Origin: Candidatus Pacebacteria bacterium GW2011_GWA1_46_10
Lineage (GTDB): Bacteria; Patescibacteriota; Microgenomatia; UBA1400; PJMF01
DNA: 64,000 nucleotides
Assembly (NCBI GenBank): GCA_001002135.1
Contig: LCLP01000001.1
Location: 142,108 to 206,107 of the forward strand
Reading direction: 5' to 3'
Position numbers and translations under genes: made by a program. Of this stretch, positions 42,200 to 51,244 are shown piece after piece (within the stretch, counting starts at the first letter, position 1; every line of letters begins with the position of its first letter). The notes beneath the pieces were generated by a model. It was not told the origin of the DNA and did not search any database. It worked only from the letters and a program-made list of their open reading frames with translations.

Positions 42200-42228
42200 G
42201 TGACAAACACCGCTACATCTGGTATAAT
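42200..42228 (+). promoter_or_regulatory. Candidate promoter for infA-rpmJ-rpsM-rpsK-rpsD-rpoA (GTGACA-17-TG-TATAAT)
   Basis: -35 GTGACA at 42200-42205 and extended -10 TGGTATAAT at 42220-42228. Confidence 0.5.
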
Positions 42229-42250
42229 CGCAACCTATCACTGAGAGGAT

Positions 42251-42577
42251 ATGGGTAAAGTACAAGATCACAAACGAGCAGCGAAGGTCAAGCGGCAGCG
42301 GGAAATACCACAAAAAGCAGAGCGTGTCGACCGCTTGGAGATTGCTGGTGAAGTTGAAGAAACTCTGCCTAACACCATGTTTCGAGTCAGAGTGACCGAA
42401 GCGGCAGTGGAACAGATGATTGGCAAAGTGCTACTCGGCACACTGGCCGGCAAGATGCGACTCTATCGCATTAGGGTAATGCCAGGGGACACAGTCAAAG
42501 GCTATGTCTCTAAGTACGATTTAACAAAATGTAAAATTACGTACCGTGTCAGCGCTGGCCCGGTGCAGACGTTTTAG
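42251..42577 (+). CDS. infA: Translation initiation factor IF-1 with ~35-aa basic N-terminal extension
   Basis: Core LPNTMFRV...GKMR...YDL...G matches IF-1. The ATG at 42251 has the RBS GAGAGGA. At 108 aa it is longer than the typical ~72 aa. Confidence 0.8.
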   Translation: MGKVQDHKRAAKVKRQREIPQKAERVDRLEIAGEVEETLPNTMFRVRVTEAAVEQMIGKVLLGTLAGKMRLYRIRVMPGDTVKGYVSKYDLTKCKITYRVSAGPVQTF

Positions 42578-42607
42578 ACGGTACAACAGTCTAAAGAGAA
42601 AAAGGAT

Positions 42608-42721
42608 ATGAAAGTCAAAGCTTCGCTCAGGAAGATGTGTAACCAGTGCAAGTTTGTCAGACGCAAGGGAAAGTTGTATGTGATTTGCGTCAATAAAAAG
42701 CACAAACAGCGTCAGGGGTAA
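42608..42721 (+). CDS. rpmJ: 50S ribosomal protein L36
   Basis: 37-aa [40 protein letters not shown] with the RBS AAGGA before the ATG. Too short to appear in the ORF track. Confidence 0.9.
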   Translation: MKVKASLRKMCNQCKFVRRKGKLYVICVNKKHKQRQG

Positions 42722-42733
42722 AAAGGAGAAAAT

Positions 42734-43153
42734 ATGCCGCGCATCGCGGGGATTGATATACCAGAAAACAAGAAAGTGCCGTTTGCCTTGCGGTCGATTT
42801 ATGGCGTTGGTCTGTCGCGAGCTCAGGAAGTGATGACTCAAGCCAATATTGATCCGGATAAGCGGGCTAAAGACTTAACTCCTGATGAGGTAAACAAGCT
42901 TCAGCGCCTGCTTGAACAGTTCCCGCTTGAAGGAGACTTGCGGCGGGTGGTCAGCGACAACATCAGTCGCTTAAAGAGAGTAAAGACATATCGTGGGATG
43001 CGTCACAGTGCTAAGTTACCGGCGCGCGGTCAGCGCACCCGAGTGAATTCTCGGACAGTGCGCGGCGGTGGCCGCAAGACTGTGGGCGCGGTGGCCAAAG
43101 AAGAGGCCACGGCCGCTGATGGAAGCAGTGGTGCGAGTGAGAGTGTAAAGTAA
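42734..43153 (+). CDS. rpsM: 30S ribosomal protein S13
   Basis: Recognised as S13 over its full length. Confidence 0.95.
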   Translation: MPRIAGIDIPENKKVPFALRSIYGVGLSRAQEVMTQANIDPDKRAKDLTPDEVNKLQRLLEQFPLEGDLRRVVSDNISRLKRVKTYRGMRHSAKLPARGQRTRVNSRTVRGGGRKTVGAVAKEEATAADGSSGASESVK

Positions 43154-43187
43154 ACAGTATTGAATCAAGTGAAGTAAGAAAATACCT

Positions 43188-43583
43188 ATGGCTCAAACAA
43201 AAACCACTACCACCAAAGCTAGCCCTAAACGCGTGGTGCCCCGCGGCCGGCTGTATGTCAGCGCCACGTTTAATAACACTTTGGTCAGCATTACGGATGA
43301 TAAAGGGAGTCTGTTGTGTTGGGCTACCACAGGGGCGGCTGGTTTTTCCGGGTCAAGAAAATCAACGCCGTATGCTGCCACTATCACCGTGGAAAACGCT
43401 CTCAACAAAGCTAAGGCATACGGTATGAATGAAGTCGATATTTATCTCAAAGGGCCGGGGCCCGGCAGAGATGTAGCCTTGCGAGTGATTCGTGCGCAAG
43501 GCTTAAAAGTAGGCATGATCGCTGATACGACCCCCGATCCACACAACGGCACTCGGGTCCGTAAAGCAAAGCACAACAGATAA
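43188..43583 (+). CDS. rpsK: 30S ribosomal protein S11
   Basis: Recognised as S11 over its full length. Confidence 0.95.
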   Translation: MAQTKTTTTKASPKRVVPRGRLYVSATFNNTLVSITDDKGSLLCWATTGAAGFSGSRKSTPYAATITVENALNKAKAYGMNEVDIYLKGPGPGRDVALRVIRAQGLKVGMIADTTPDPHNGTRVRKAKHNR

Positions 43584-43594
43584 ATTTGTATCAA

Positions 43595-43610
43595 CTATTA
43601 ACTCTTAACT
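43595..43610 (+). repeat. 16-nt repeat CTATTAACTCTTAACT (left arm of inverted repeat flanking rpsD)
   Basis: Its exact reverse complement AGTTAAGAGTTAATAG occurs at 44230-44245. Confidence 0.6.
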
Positions 43611-43620
43611 TTAAACTTAT

Positions 43621-44226
43621 ATGGCAAGACACATTGGTCCAAAACAACGATTACAGCGACAGGTCGGTGAAGACTTGGGACTGAAAACCAACGCCTTGAA
43701 AACCGCTCGTCGGCTCAATACCAGACCGGGACAGCATGGCACCAGGCGTCGCAAGCTCTCCAACTATGGCATTCAGCTGAAGGAAAAACAGAAGGTCAAG
43801 TACTTGTACGGAGTGTTGGAGAAGCAGTTGCATCGCCTGTACAGCCAAGCGAGTAAAAACCCGCTGGCGACTGGAGCGGTACTGCTGGGTTTATTGGAGC
43901 GCCGTTTGGATAACGTAGTCTATCGCTTGGGTTGGGCGCCGACTCGCGCCGCTGCCCGTCAGCTGATAGTCCACGAGCACGTCTTGGTTAATGAGCGCAA
44001 AATGAATGTGCCATCGTATTCAGTCAAGGTCAACGATGTGATTACTTTGAAAGACAAGGCGGTCAAGATCCCGATGGTGGCAGAGCTTTTGAAAGAAGAA
44101 AATAAAACTTTACCAGGCTGGTTGGATCGCAAAGCGACGGTCGCTAAAGTGCAGCGTTTTCCGGAACGGGAAGATATCACAGAGGTGATTGACGAACAGC
44201 TCGTGGTCGAGTTTTATAGCCGATAA
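43621..44226 (+). CDS. rpsD: 30S ribosomal protein S4
   Basis: Recognised as S4 over its full length, including the S4 RNA-binding domain. Confidence 0.95.
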   Translation: MARHIGPKQRLQRQVGEDLGLKTNALKTARRLNTRPGQHGTRRRKLSNYGIQLKEKQKVKYLYGVLEKQLHRLYSQASKNPLATGAVLLGLLERRLDNVVYRLGWAPTRAAARQLIVHEHVLVNERKMNVPSYSVKVNDVITLKDKAVKIPMVAELLKEENKTLPGWLDRKATVAKVQRFPEREDITEVIDEQLVVEFYSR

Positions 44227-44229
44227 AGA

Positions 44230-44245
44230 AGTTAAGAGTTAATAG
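44230..44245 (+). repeat. 16-nt repeat AGTTAAGAGTTAATAG (right arm of inverted repeat flanking rpsD)
   Basis: Perfect reverse complement of 43595-43610. Confidence 0.6.
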
Positions 44246-44291
44246 GAATTAGTTAATAGAAGGAAAATAATAACAAGCAGTAAATAGCCAT

Positions 44292-44321
44292 CTATAAACT
44301 ATTCACTATAAACTATTAACT
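44292..44321 (+). repeat. Tandem copies of 16-nt motif CTATAAACTATT[C/A]ACT in the rpsD-rpoA spacer
   Basis: Copies at 44292-44307 and 44306-44321. The same two variants occur in inverted arrangement at 10109-10124 and 10144-10159. Confidence 0.6.
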
Positions 44322-44402
44322 TCAGTAGTAGTAAAAACCTAGCCACGGATTCTCTGTCATTTAAGGAACTGAGAGAGGAGAAGAAACAAAGGAGAAAAAA
44401 AT

Positions 44403-45347
44403 ATGTCACTAGATCTTACGAAATATCCCTTTATGAGCCCAAACTTTACGGTTACAGAGGCGGAAGCGACCCCTTCGCAAGCTCGGTTAGTGATCGAGCC
44501 ATTGGAGCAGGGCTACGGTCATACGCTGGGCAACGGTTTGCGCCGGGTGTTACTGACCTCTTTGCCGGGAGCAGCCATCACTTCGGTGACGATTGATGGG
44601 GTTGACCATCAGTTCACCACGCTTGAGGGTTTAAGCGAAGACATCGTCGAACTCATTTTGAACCTTAAGCAGGTGAGAGTGAAAGCTGACCATGACGGGT
44701 CAGGTATTTTGCGTTTGACCGCTCAGGGTCCTGCGGAAGTGACTGCCGCTGATATCGAAGCCGAAGCTGGTTTTGAGGTGGTCAATCCTGACCAACCAAT
44801 TGCCACGTTGACCAAGGGTAAGAAACTCGAAATCGAGATGACGGTTGAGACCGGCACCGGTTACAAGATGGCTACTGAAATGGAGTCGGCCGTGATCGGT
44901 CAGATTCCGGTGGACGCTCTCTTTTCACCAGTCGAGAAAGTGTCGTACAAAGTGGAGGCCACGCGGGTTGGTCGACGGACTGATTTTGACCGGATCGTGA
45001 TGGATATCCAGACCGATGGGACGGTCACTCCAATTGAGGCGGTGCAACAAGCGGCTCGCATTTTGGCCAAACAATTCACTCAGGTTTTTGACCCGGTAGT
45101 GGTAGAGACGAAAGAGACCGAAGCTCAACTCTCACCGGAAGAGGCCGAAACTTTGCGTCTCACTGTGGAAGAGCTTGATTTGCCCACCAGAATTGCCAAC
45201 GCGTTGCGCAAAGGTGGGTACAAAACGGTCGGTGATCTGGTCGGTGTGTCCAAAGAGACTGTTTCTAAGGTCAAAAACCTTGGCGGCAAGAGCGTGGATC
45301 TGATTAATGAAGCGTTGCAGAAGAAAGGCGTGAGCTTGGAGGAGTAA
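44403..45347 (+). CDS. rpoA: DNA-directed RNA polymerase subunit alpha
   Basis: Alpha N-terminal domain and C-terminal domain are both recognisable. Purine-rich RBS present. Confidence 0.95.
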   Translation: MSLDLTKYPFMSPNFTVTEAEATPSQARLVIEPLEQGYGHTLGNGLRRVLLTSLPGAAITSVTIDGVDHQFTTLEGLSEDIVELILNLKQVRVKADHDGSGILRLTAQGPAEVTAADIEAEAGFEVVNPDQPIATLTKGKKLEIEMTVETGTGYKMATEMESAVIGQIPVDALFSPVEKVSYKVEATRVGRRTDFDRIVMDIQTDGTVTPIEAVQQAARILAKQFTQVFDPVVVETKETEAQLSPEEAETLRLTVEELDLPTRIANALRKGGYKTVGDLVGVSKETVSKVKNLGGKSVDLINEALQKKGVSLEE

Positions 45348-45348
45348 G

Positions 45349-45921
45349 ATGAGACACCGTGTGACCAGTCACCACTTCAATCGTGACACCAATCACCGCA
45401 AGCTCTTGCTTCGCAACTTGGTGCGAGCATTGGTGGAACACGGTGAGATCGTGACGACCGAGGTGAAAGCGAAAGAAACTCGTCGGTTGGCGGATCGGTT
45501 GATTCACCGTGCGCTGACTCACTCGGTTAGTGCGAGGCGACAACTCCACGTTTTCTTTGGTGCTCGGGATGTGGTTAATACCTTGGTGGAAAAGATCGCG
45601 CCAACCATGAAAAAGCGCGCCAGTGGGTTCACTACTTTGGTTCGGTTAGGTAAGCGCCGCGGTGACAATGTGGAAATGGTGAGATTGAGCTTGGTGGAAC
45701 AGCGTGAAGAGCGCCACACGCTCAAAAGTAAAGTTGAGCGACCCAAGCGTGCTCGAAAAACTACCAAAAAGAAAGTCAGTCAAAAACTGGCTGCGAAAAG
45801 AGCCTCACAAGCCAAACGATTGTCTGTCGCTGAGAAGCTGACCCAGAAGGAAACCGCTAAACCAAGAAGAGCTCTGCCAGTGGCCCAGCGCGTGCAGCGC
45901 ACGACTGCTAAGGGAAAGTAA
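45349..45921 (+). CDS. rplQ: 50S ribosomal protein L17 with Lys-rich C-terminal extension
   Basis: L17 core of ~120 aa followed by a ~70-aa K/R/A-rich tail. Confidence 0.9.
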   Translation: MRHRVTSHHFNRDTNHRKLLLRNLVRALVEHGEIVTTEVKAKETRRLADRLIHRALTHSVSARRQLHVFFGARDVVNTLVEKIAPTMKKRASGFTTLVRLGKRRGDNVEMVRLSLVEQREERHTLKSKVERPKRARKTTKKKVSQKLAAKRASQAKRLSVAEKLTQKETAKPRRALPVAQRVQRTTAKGK

Positions 45922-45925
45922 ATGC

Positions 45926-46357
45926 ATGAATAAGCGACAAACGACTTTTATGCAGCGCAAGGAAGATGTCATCAGAAGATGGCATTTGATTGATGTGAAA
46001 GATCAAGTGTTGGGAAGAGTGGCCACTGAGATTGCAATCAAGCTGATCGGCAAAGACAAGCCGACCTATACCCCCCACATTGATGGGGGCGACTACGTGG
46101 TGGTGATCAATGCTAGTGACGTCAAGCTCACGCGCGGCAAAGAATTGAAAAAACTCTATCGCAGTCACAGTGGTTTTCCGGGTGGTTTGCATGAACGATC
46201 GTTCGCAGATATGCAGGCTAAACACCCGACAGAAATTATTCGTTTGGCAGTGGTGAATATGTTGCCCAATAACAAACTACGTGATCGCCGGATGACTCGA
46301 TTAAAGATCTATGCTGGTCCAGAACATGAACACCAGAGTCAATTAGGAGAAAAATAA
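45926..46357 (+). CDS. rplM: 50S ribosomal protein L13
   Basis: Recognised as L13 over its full length. Confidence 0.95.
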   Translation: MNKRQTTFMQRKEDVIRRWHLIDVKDQVLGRVATEIAIKLIGKDKPTYTPHIDGGDYVVVINASDVKLTRGKELKKLYRSHSGFPGGLHERSFADMQAKHPTEIIRLAVVNMLPNNKLRDRRMTRLKIYAGPEHEHQSQLGEK

Positions 46358-46359
46358 TC

Positions 46360-46887
46360 ATGGCCAGAAAAATGAAGAAAAAGCAAAAAAATAAAGTCCA
46401 AGTGGTCAAAAAGGTGACCGCTGCACTGCCTTCAGTTCCTCGATCTGAAACTCCTGCTTCAACTGCTGGTGAAACCCAGTTTGCGGTGCCTAAAACAAGA
46501 TACACTGAGGGGATTGGCCGCCGTAAGGTGGCCACAGCTAGAGTCCGTCTCTATGAAGGTCAGGGTGATTTTGTGGTCAATGACACTTTAGTTGGCGAGT
46601 ATTTTCAGGGGGTGAGGAATGCGGCCGTGGTGTACAACAAGCCATTTGAATTGACTGGTACTAAGGGGAAGTTTGCGGTGACAGCCAAGATCATCGGTTC
46701 AGGTGTCTCTGCTCAACTGGATGCTTTGGTGCACGGTTTATCACAAGCCTTGGTAGCTCATAACCCTGAGTTTAAGATTTTCCTTAAAGGTGCTGGTTTG
46801 CTGACCCGCGATGATCGCATGAAGGAAACACGCAAAATCGGGATGGGTGGCAAAGCCCGCCGAAAGCGTCAATCTCCGAAACGATAA
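46360..46887 (+). CDS. rpsI: 30S ribosomal protein S9 with N-terminal extension
   Basis: S9 core with C-terminal ...GGKARRKRQSPKR, preceded by ~40 extra basic residues at the N-terminus. Confidence 0.9.
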   Translation: MARKMKKKQKNKVQVVKKVTAALPSVPRSETPASTAGETQFAVPKTRYTEGIGRRKVATARVRLYEGQGDFVVNDTLVGEYFQGVRNAAVVYNKPFELTGTKGKFAVTAKIIGSGVSAQLDALVHGLSQALVAHNPEFKIFLKGAGLLTRDDRMKETRKIGMGGKARRKRQSPKR

Positions 46888-46888
46888 T

Positions 46889-47170
46889 TTACCAAACTTC
46901 TCTGCGAAGTGGTTTGCCGGCGCGGAAATTTACCACGCCATGACCTTTGACCAGCGTGCGCTGATCCTTGCGGCCGAAGGGCTCGACATGTTTGTCTTTC
47001 ACCCGGCCGACGTAAAAAGTGCCAAACCCGGAAACCACAACTTTCTCACCCTTTTTCTTGGTTAGCACACGGGTAATTTCTTCAAAAACCGTCTCTACTG
47101 CCTCCATGGCAGCTTTTTTGGTGAGATGAGATTTCTTGGCCACAATCGCAATCAGTTGTGATTTAGTCAT
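46889..47170 (-). CDS. hup: DNA-binding protein HU
   Basis: MTKSQLIAIVAKK... with the RPK arm motif GRNPKT-like region. Start moved to the ATG at 47170, preceded by AAAGGAG. Convergent with rpsI. Confidence 0.85.
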   Translation of the reverse strand: MTKSQLIAIVAKKSHLTKKAAMEAVETVFEEITRVLTKKKGEKVVVSGFGTFYVGRVKDKHVEPFGRKDQRTLVKGHGVVNFRAGKPLRREVW

Positions 47171-47258
47171 GCGCTCCTTTCTGGAAATGTAAACTTGTAC
47201 TGTCACCCACAGTCTAAGACATTGAGCTGGTCAGTCAAGGGTCATTTTGGCAAAGAAA

Positions 47259-47639
47259 TCAGATGTATCGGAATTTTCGCATTAAGACGAGACTGGCACC
47301 CAGGGTGTCGAAACCAATGTCTCTAAGAGTGCCATGGCGTCCGGGTGTAAAGGTTTGATGGGCTTCATCAAAGGTGGCATAGGCCAAGGTCAGTACTAAT
47401 GGCACAACCCAGCTTTTAAAGCCCTGTAAGTTGGTAGTTTCTCTGAAAGCTTGGAAAAGCAAAATATACAACACAGCGTAGACGAACATGTGAGCGGATT
47501 TTTTGAAGATAAAATCAAGTGTATTGAGGGTGAGACTGGGGAGAACGCTCTGAGCGGAGAGGATATAAATAAAACCGGCCCAGACCACAGTGGGGGCAAA
47601 GGCAAGGATACGGTCAAAAAATGCGTTGCTTTTTGGCAT
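47259..47639 (-). CDS. VanZ-like family membrane protein
   Basis: Four TM helices and the VanZ signature FDEAHQTFTPGR. Confidence 0.7.
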   Translation of the reverse strand: MPKSNAFFDRILAFAPTVVWAGFIYILSAQSVLPSLTLNTLDFIFKKSAHMFVYAVLYILLFQAFRETTNLQGFKSWVVPLVLTLAYATFDEAHQTFTPGRHGTLRDIGFDTLGASLVLMRKFRYI

Positions 47640-48750
47640 ACCAGTTAAGGCCTGGAATGAGCAGTAAGAAACCCCCTATTATAACACTCAGCGCGCCCCG
47701 CTCCAGGTGTGGCGGCTGACTGAAAACGAGGTTTTCACCGGAGGGAAGGGCTGGTTTTTCGTAGGAGAGCTTGGGCTTCAAGACAGAGGGTGGGTAGGTA
47801 AATGAGTGAGTTGAAACACCCAAGACACTTGGCTGGGTTGAGTTGGTCGCTTGGGTGTTTGTTGCCTCTGTTGGTTGGTCGGGCAAGGTATTAGAGAAAA
47901 TGTTAGGTGAGTTGGGGGTGATGATCGACGTTTCCTCCCACCGCTCACCGTTTTTTACCCAGGAAAACTGAGGTTGGCACTGGGTGTAGGAGAAACTGTC
48001 GATAACTAGGCTTTTGGGTGAAATGAGTGAGACTGTGTCACCGTCGTTATTTAAGACATTGCGCAGTTCAAAGACCGTGTAACCTGTCGGCTCCAAGGTT
48101 TAATCAGTGAAGCCCAGAATTTTGTTTTTGCTATCCCGCAGCGAAAAACCAAGCAGGGGGAGTACTGTGTCGTGTGGATTGTAAAGCTCGACCCACTCGG
48201 CTGAATCGTCCGGGCAGGCTGTGATCTCAGAGAGAGTCGGCGACAGGATGGTTGAGTTGGGAGTTGTTGCAGGAGTTGACGTGGGAGTGGGGGTAGGAAC
48301 GACATTAGCCTCGCCTTTGGTTGGCACCGTTTCGAAAAGCACAGCGTGATTACTCGGATCCCGAGCCCAGCTTTTACCCTTGGTCGAAGCGGTGTACCCC
48401 AAGGTATCAATCAGTTCATCTTGCGGGTTTTTCAAAAGCAGAGTGTCGCCAGTGTTATTGAGAGTGTTATGCAGATCAACTATCAGGAAACCAGCTGCTT
48501 CAAGTATGGTTGACTGATCGAATTGGATGGCAACGCCGGGTGATGATTCTAGGTCCCAAAGTTTCCAGTCGATCAGGTCAATCGATTGATTGGTGGTGTT
48601 GTATAACTCCACCCACTCGTCTTCACCAGTATTGGGGTTGGGATACACTTCGTTGATAATCACTTGTGCACTGACGTCTCGAGTGGACAGTACCCAGAAA
48701 ATCACGGTGATAATCAACAAAAAGGCACGGTGTGTCTGTAAGTTTTTCAT
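47614..48750 (-). pseudogene. Lamin-tail-domain (LTD) surface protein interrupted by a single in-frame TAA stop
   Basis: Signal peptide, two LTD repeats (INEVYPNPNTGEDEWVELYN and ITACPDDSAEWVELYN), Thr/Pro-rich linkers and a C-terminal TM anchor. ORFs 48100..48750 and 47614..48096 are in the same frame, separated only by a TAA at 48100-48102 (GFTD-stop-TLEPTGY) that falls inside the second LTD. Confidence 0.6.
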
Positions 48751-48814
48751 GTTTTGATCGTCTCATAAGTGACAGAACAATAAGCTGACAAAGAAAGGTC
48801 AGAAAGGAGGGATT

Positions 48815-49186
48815 ATGATGAGAATGCCTTCGGAGATGTTGGTTAATCTGGTCAACTTTATCGTTGGGTTAGTAGAGTTGTTTCTGGGATTGCGGATTGT
48901 TTTAAAGTTGTTTGGTGCCCGCACGGTGGCGCCGTTTGTGGACTGGGTCTATGACACCACCGAGCCGCTCTTATCACCCTTTGCCGGCATGTTCCCCAGT
49001 CCCACTATTGAGGGTGGTTTTATCGTCGAGTTCTCAGCGCTTTTTGCCTTGATGGTCTATGCTTTTGTGGGGTATCTCCTGGTGGATGTGCTGGACGCCA
49101 TGACTTATCGAAATGAACTGCGCGGGCGAGAGCGAGAGCGAGAAACTGGTCGCGGACGAGGTCGTGGTAATCGGCGAGATCGCTAA
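48815..49186 (+). CDS. YggT-like membrane protein with Arg/Gly-rich C-terminal tail
   Basis: Two TM helices and a YggT-like pattern. Tail is RGRERERETGRGRGRGNRRDR. Confidence 0.5.
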   Translation: MMRMPSEMLVNLVNFIVGLVELFLGLRIVLKLFGARTVAPFVDWVYDTTEPLLSPFAGMFPSPTIEGGFIVEFSALFALMVYAFVGYLLVDVLDAMTYRNELRGRERERETGRGRGRGNRRDR

Positions 49187-50160
49187 TTTGCCAGCGTAGT
49201 TTGGCCAGTGCGTTCTAGCTGAATGGGAATTTCGGTGAAGATCATGGTTTTGTCTGGTTTGATCTCCACACTCACCAATAAACCCCGTTGCACAGCCGGC
49301 TCGAAGTATTGGTCAAACACAAAATTACCCAGCGAGTAGTAGATCATTTTGCCGCTGTATTCTTCAGACTGCTGGATCACGTGAGGATGACCGCCGATGA
49401 TCAGATCCGAGCCAGCGTCGATCAATTGGTGGGCCCAATTTTGCACAGTGACGTTGGCAGTCGATTGATACTCATTACCCCAATGCGGCATGACGATGAT
49501 CAAATCGGCCAGTGGCCGTGCGTACACTACATCTGCCAAGGCGGTTGGCAAGCCCCGATCAACAAATTGATTGTAGTTGACAAAAGCAAGTGTTAACTTG
49601 CCAAAGTTTTTCAGTAAGACTCGCTCACTTGACTGTGTTTCAGTGTTGGTGTTGCCGAAAAACTCCACTTGCCCATCGATCAGGAATTGTTTGGTTTGAG
49701 CTACACCATTGGCTCCGAAGTTGAGAATGTGATTGTTGCCCAGGTTGACGATAAAGCGATGTTGTTTAAGCAGTGGGACGATACTGGGATCGAAAGTGAA
49801 AATGAAGTTATTAGTCGAGCCGGGAACGGTATTGACACTGCGTGAAGGGTAACTGGTGACCGGTCCCTCCAAGTTGGCAATGACCGCATCATATTGACCG
49901 AAGGTTTCGGCCAGTGGTTCCAGCGGGAACTCAACGCTGTTGGTATTGATGAATTGGCGAATATGACGGTCAAACATCAGGTCGCCGCCAAACAACAGTT
50001 TGACCGATTGGGGTGGGGTGGGAGTGGGGGTATTTCTGATCAGCGAAAGTAAAGTGGGATTGGGAACTTCATTGGTTGTGGGTGGCAGACGCCATTTCCA
50101 CCAAGCTAGGCCCGCAAAGATCACGATCACCACCAACATCCAGCTTAAAAAGCGGAGCAT
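49183..50160 (-). CDS. CapA/PgsA-family metallophosphoesterase
   Basis: Metallophosphatase motifs GGDLMFDR, GNHILNFG, MPHWGNEY and GGHPHV are present, after an N-terminal TM. Confidence 0.7.
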   Translation of the reverse strand: MLRFLSWMLVVIVIFAGLAWWKWRLPPTTNEVPNPTLLSLIRNTPTPTPPQSVKLLFGGDLMFDRHIRQFINTNSVEFPLEPLAETFGQYDAVIANLEGPVTSYPSRSVNTVPGSTNNFIFTFDPSIVPLLKQHRFIVNLGNNHILNFGANGVAQTKQFLIDGQVEFFGNTNTETQSSERVLLKNFGKLTLAFVNYNQFVDRGLPTALADVVYARPLADLIIVMPHWGNEYQSTANVTVQNWAHQLIDAGSDLIIGGHPHVIQQSEEYSGKMIYYSLGNFVFDQYFEPAVQRGLLVSVEIKPDKTMIFTEIPIQLERTGQTTLAN

Positions 50161-50182
50161 GACTCTATTGTAGCAAGTGAGG

Positions 50183-51049
50183 TTAGATTGATCGCACAGC
50201 GTTGGCGATCAGCAAGAAAAGTCCAGTCCAGCCGATGACGCTGAAAATGGTGATGACATTGAGTTTCAAAGTGGCGCCGGCGGCAACCGCTTTTAGCTGT
50301 TTGTACAGTGCCACCGAATACATCAGACTAAAGGCACTAAAACTCAGGCTGAGTGCCAAACTAATCAGCAACGAGAGTGGTTGTTGTGTTCTATTTAAAC
50401 TCGCCCTGATAACCTCAATTCCCACCGCTAGTGCCATCAGCACGACCAGTCTCCCAACCACTGGCCAGAAATGCTGTTTGACCATACCGGCGCTATTTCT
50501 CAGGGCCTGCATTGGTGAGGCGTTATGCAAAACAATTTCAAATAAGGCAAAGTTAAACAAAATAGCAAAGACAATGCCTGGCACGACTAGCGGAAAAAGG
50601 CCGCCAAAAACCATAAATGCCATCACCAAACCGGCCACCAACACGGGAATAAACTGCTGCCAACCACGCCGCAAAGCTTCGCCAATGCCGATTTTTTTCT
50701 TGCCGGCGGCCAGCGCGATGTCAGCGGCTTGAAAGAAGGGACCCAAAATCAAGGAAATAAGTAAGAGGATTAAAATGGCGGTGATGATTGCTGATCCAAA
50801 GCTGGCGAGGAAAGCGGTCATAAAATCATTGTTGTTGGCGGCAGTGGTAATGGCAGTGAACTTGGTTGGACTGGTAAACAAACTTCCCAACGATCCACCC
50901 AGACTCAGGGCGATGGCGCCAATCACAATCAAGGTGATGATTGTCCATTGGACAAGCCACAAAAGAAGCAATAACCAAAAACGTTCTTTGGTTAGTTTCC
51001 ACGCGTCGGTCAAAAGTTGACTCAGATCAGGTAATTGAGCTTGTGCCAT
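50183..51049 (-). CDS. Hypothetical polytopic membrane protein
   Basis: Multiple TM helices. Family not assigned. Confidence 0.5.
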   Translation of the reverse strand: MAQAQLPDLSQLLTDAWKLTKERFWLLLLLWLVQWTIITLIVIGAIALSLGGSLGSLFTSPTKFTAITTAANNNDFMTAFLASFGSAIITAILILLLISLILGPFFQAADIALAAGKKKIGIGEALRRGWQQFIPVLVAGLVMAFMVFGGLFPLVVPGIVFAILFNFALFEIVLHNASPMQALRNSAGMVKQHFWPVVGRLVVLMALAVGIEVIRASLNRTQQPLSLLISLALSLSFSAFSLMYSVALYKQLKAVAAGATLKLNVITIFSVIGWTGLFLLIANAVRSI

Positions 51050-51244
51050 GGGTATAAACGGTCTCTACTGTTTTCAGCATACACTACTGATGTAAAAAAT
51101 TAAACCAAGGGTAGCGTTTTGTTTATTTTTGTTTTACACTCTGCTGCAGTGACCAAAGGTTGCCGCCAACAACCTGCCCCAAAGAGTATCAACCAACTAT
51201 GTAAGTCCTTCTGTTAAGAAGGATTTTTTGTAAAGAAAGGCAGT

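Noticed and set aside
42251-42577. Alternative shorter infA start (TTG near codon 29) to give a canonical ~80-aa IF-1.
   Set aside because: No RBS precedes it, whereas the ATG at 42251 has GAGAGGA at ideal spacing just downstream of a strong promoter. Kept the long form, but it is flagged as unusual.
48100-48102. Possibility that the in-frame TAA in the LTD protein reflects stop-codon reassignment.
   Set aside because: TAA (and TGA) clearly terminate conserved genes elsewhere in the window with the expected C-termini (for example rpmJ and the sortase), so the code is standard. An alternative-code explanation is not supported.
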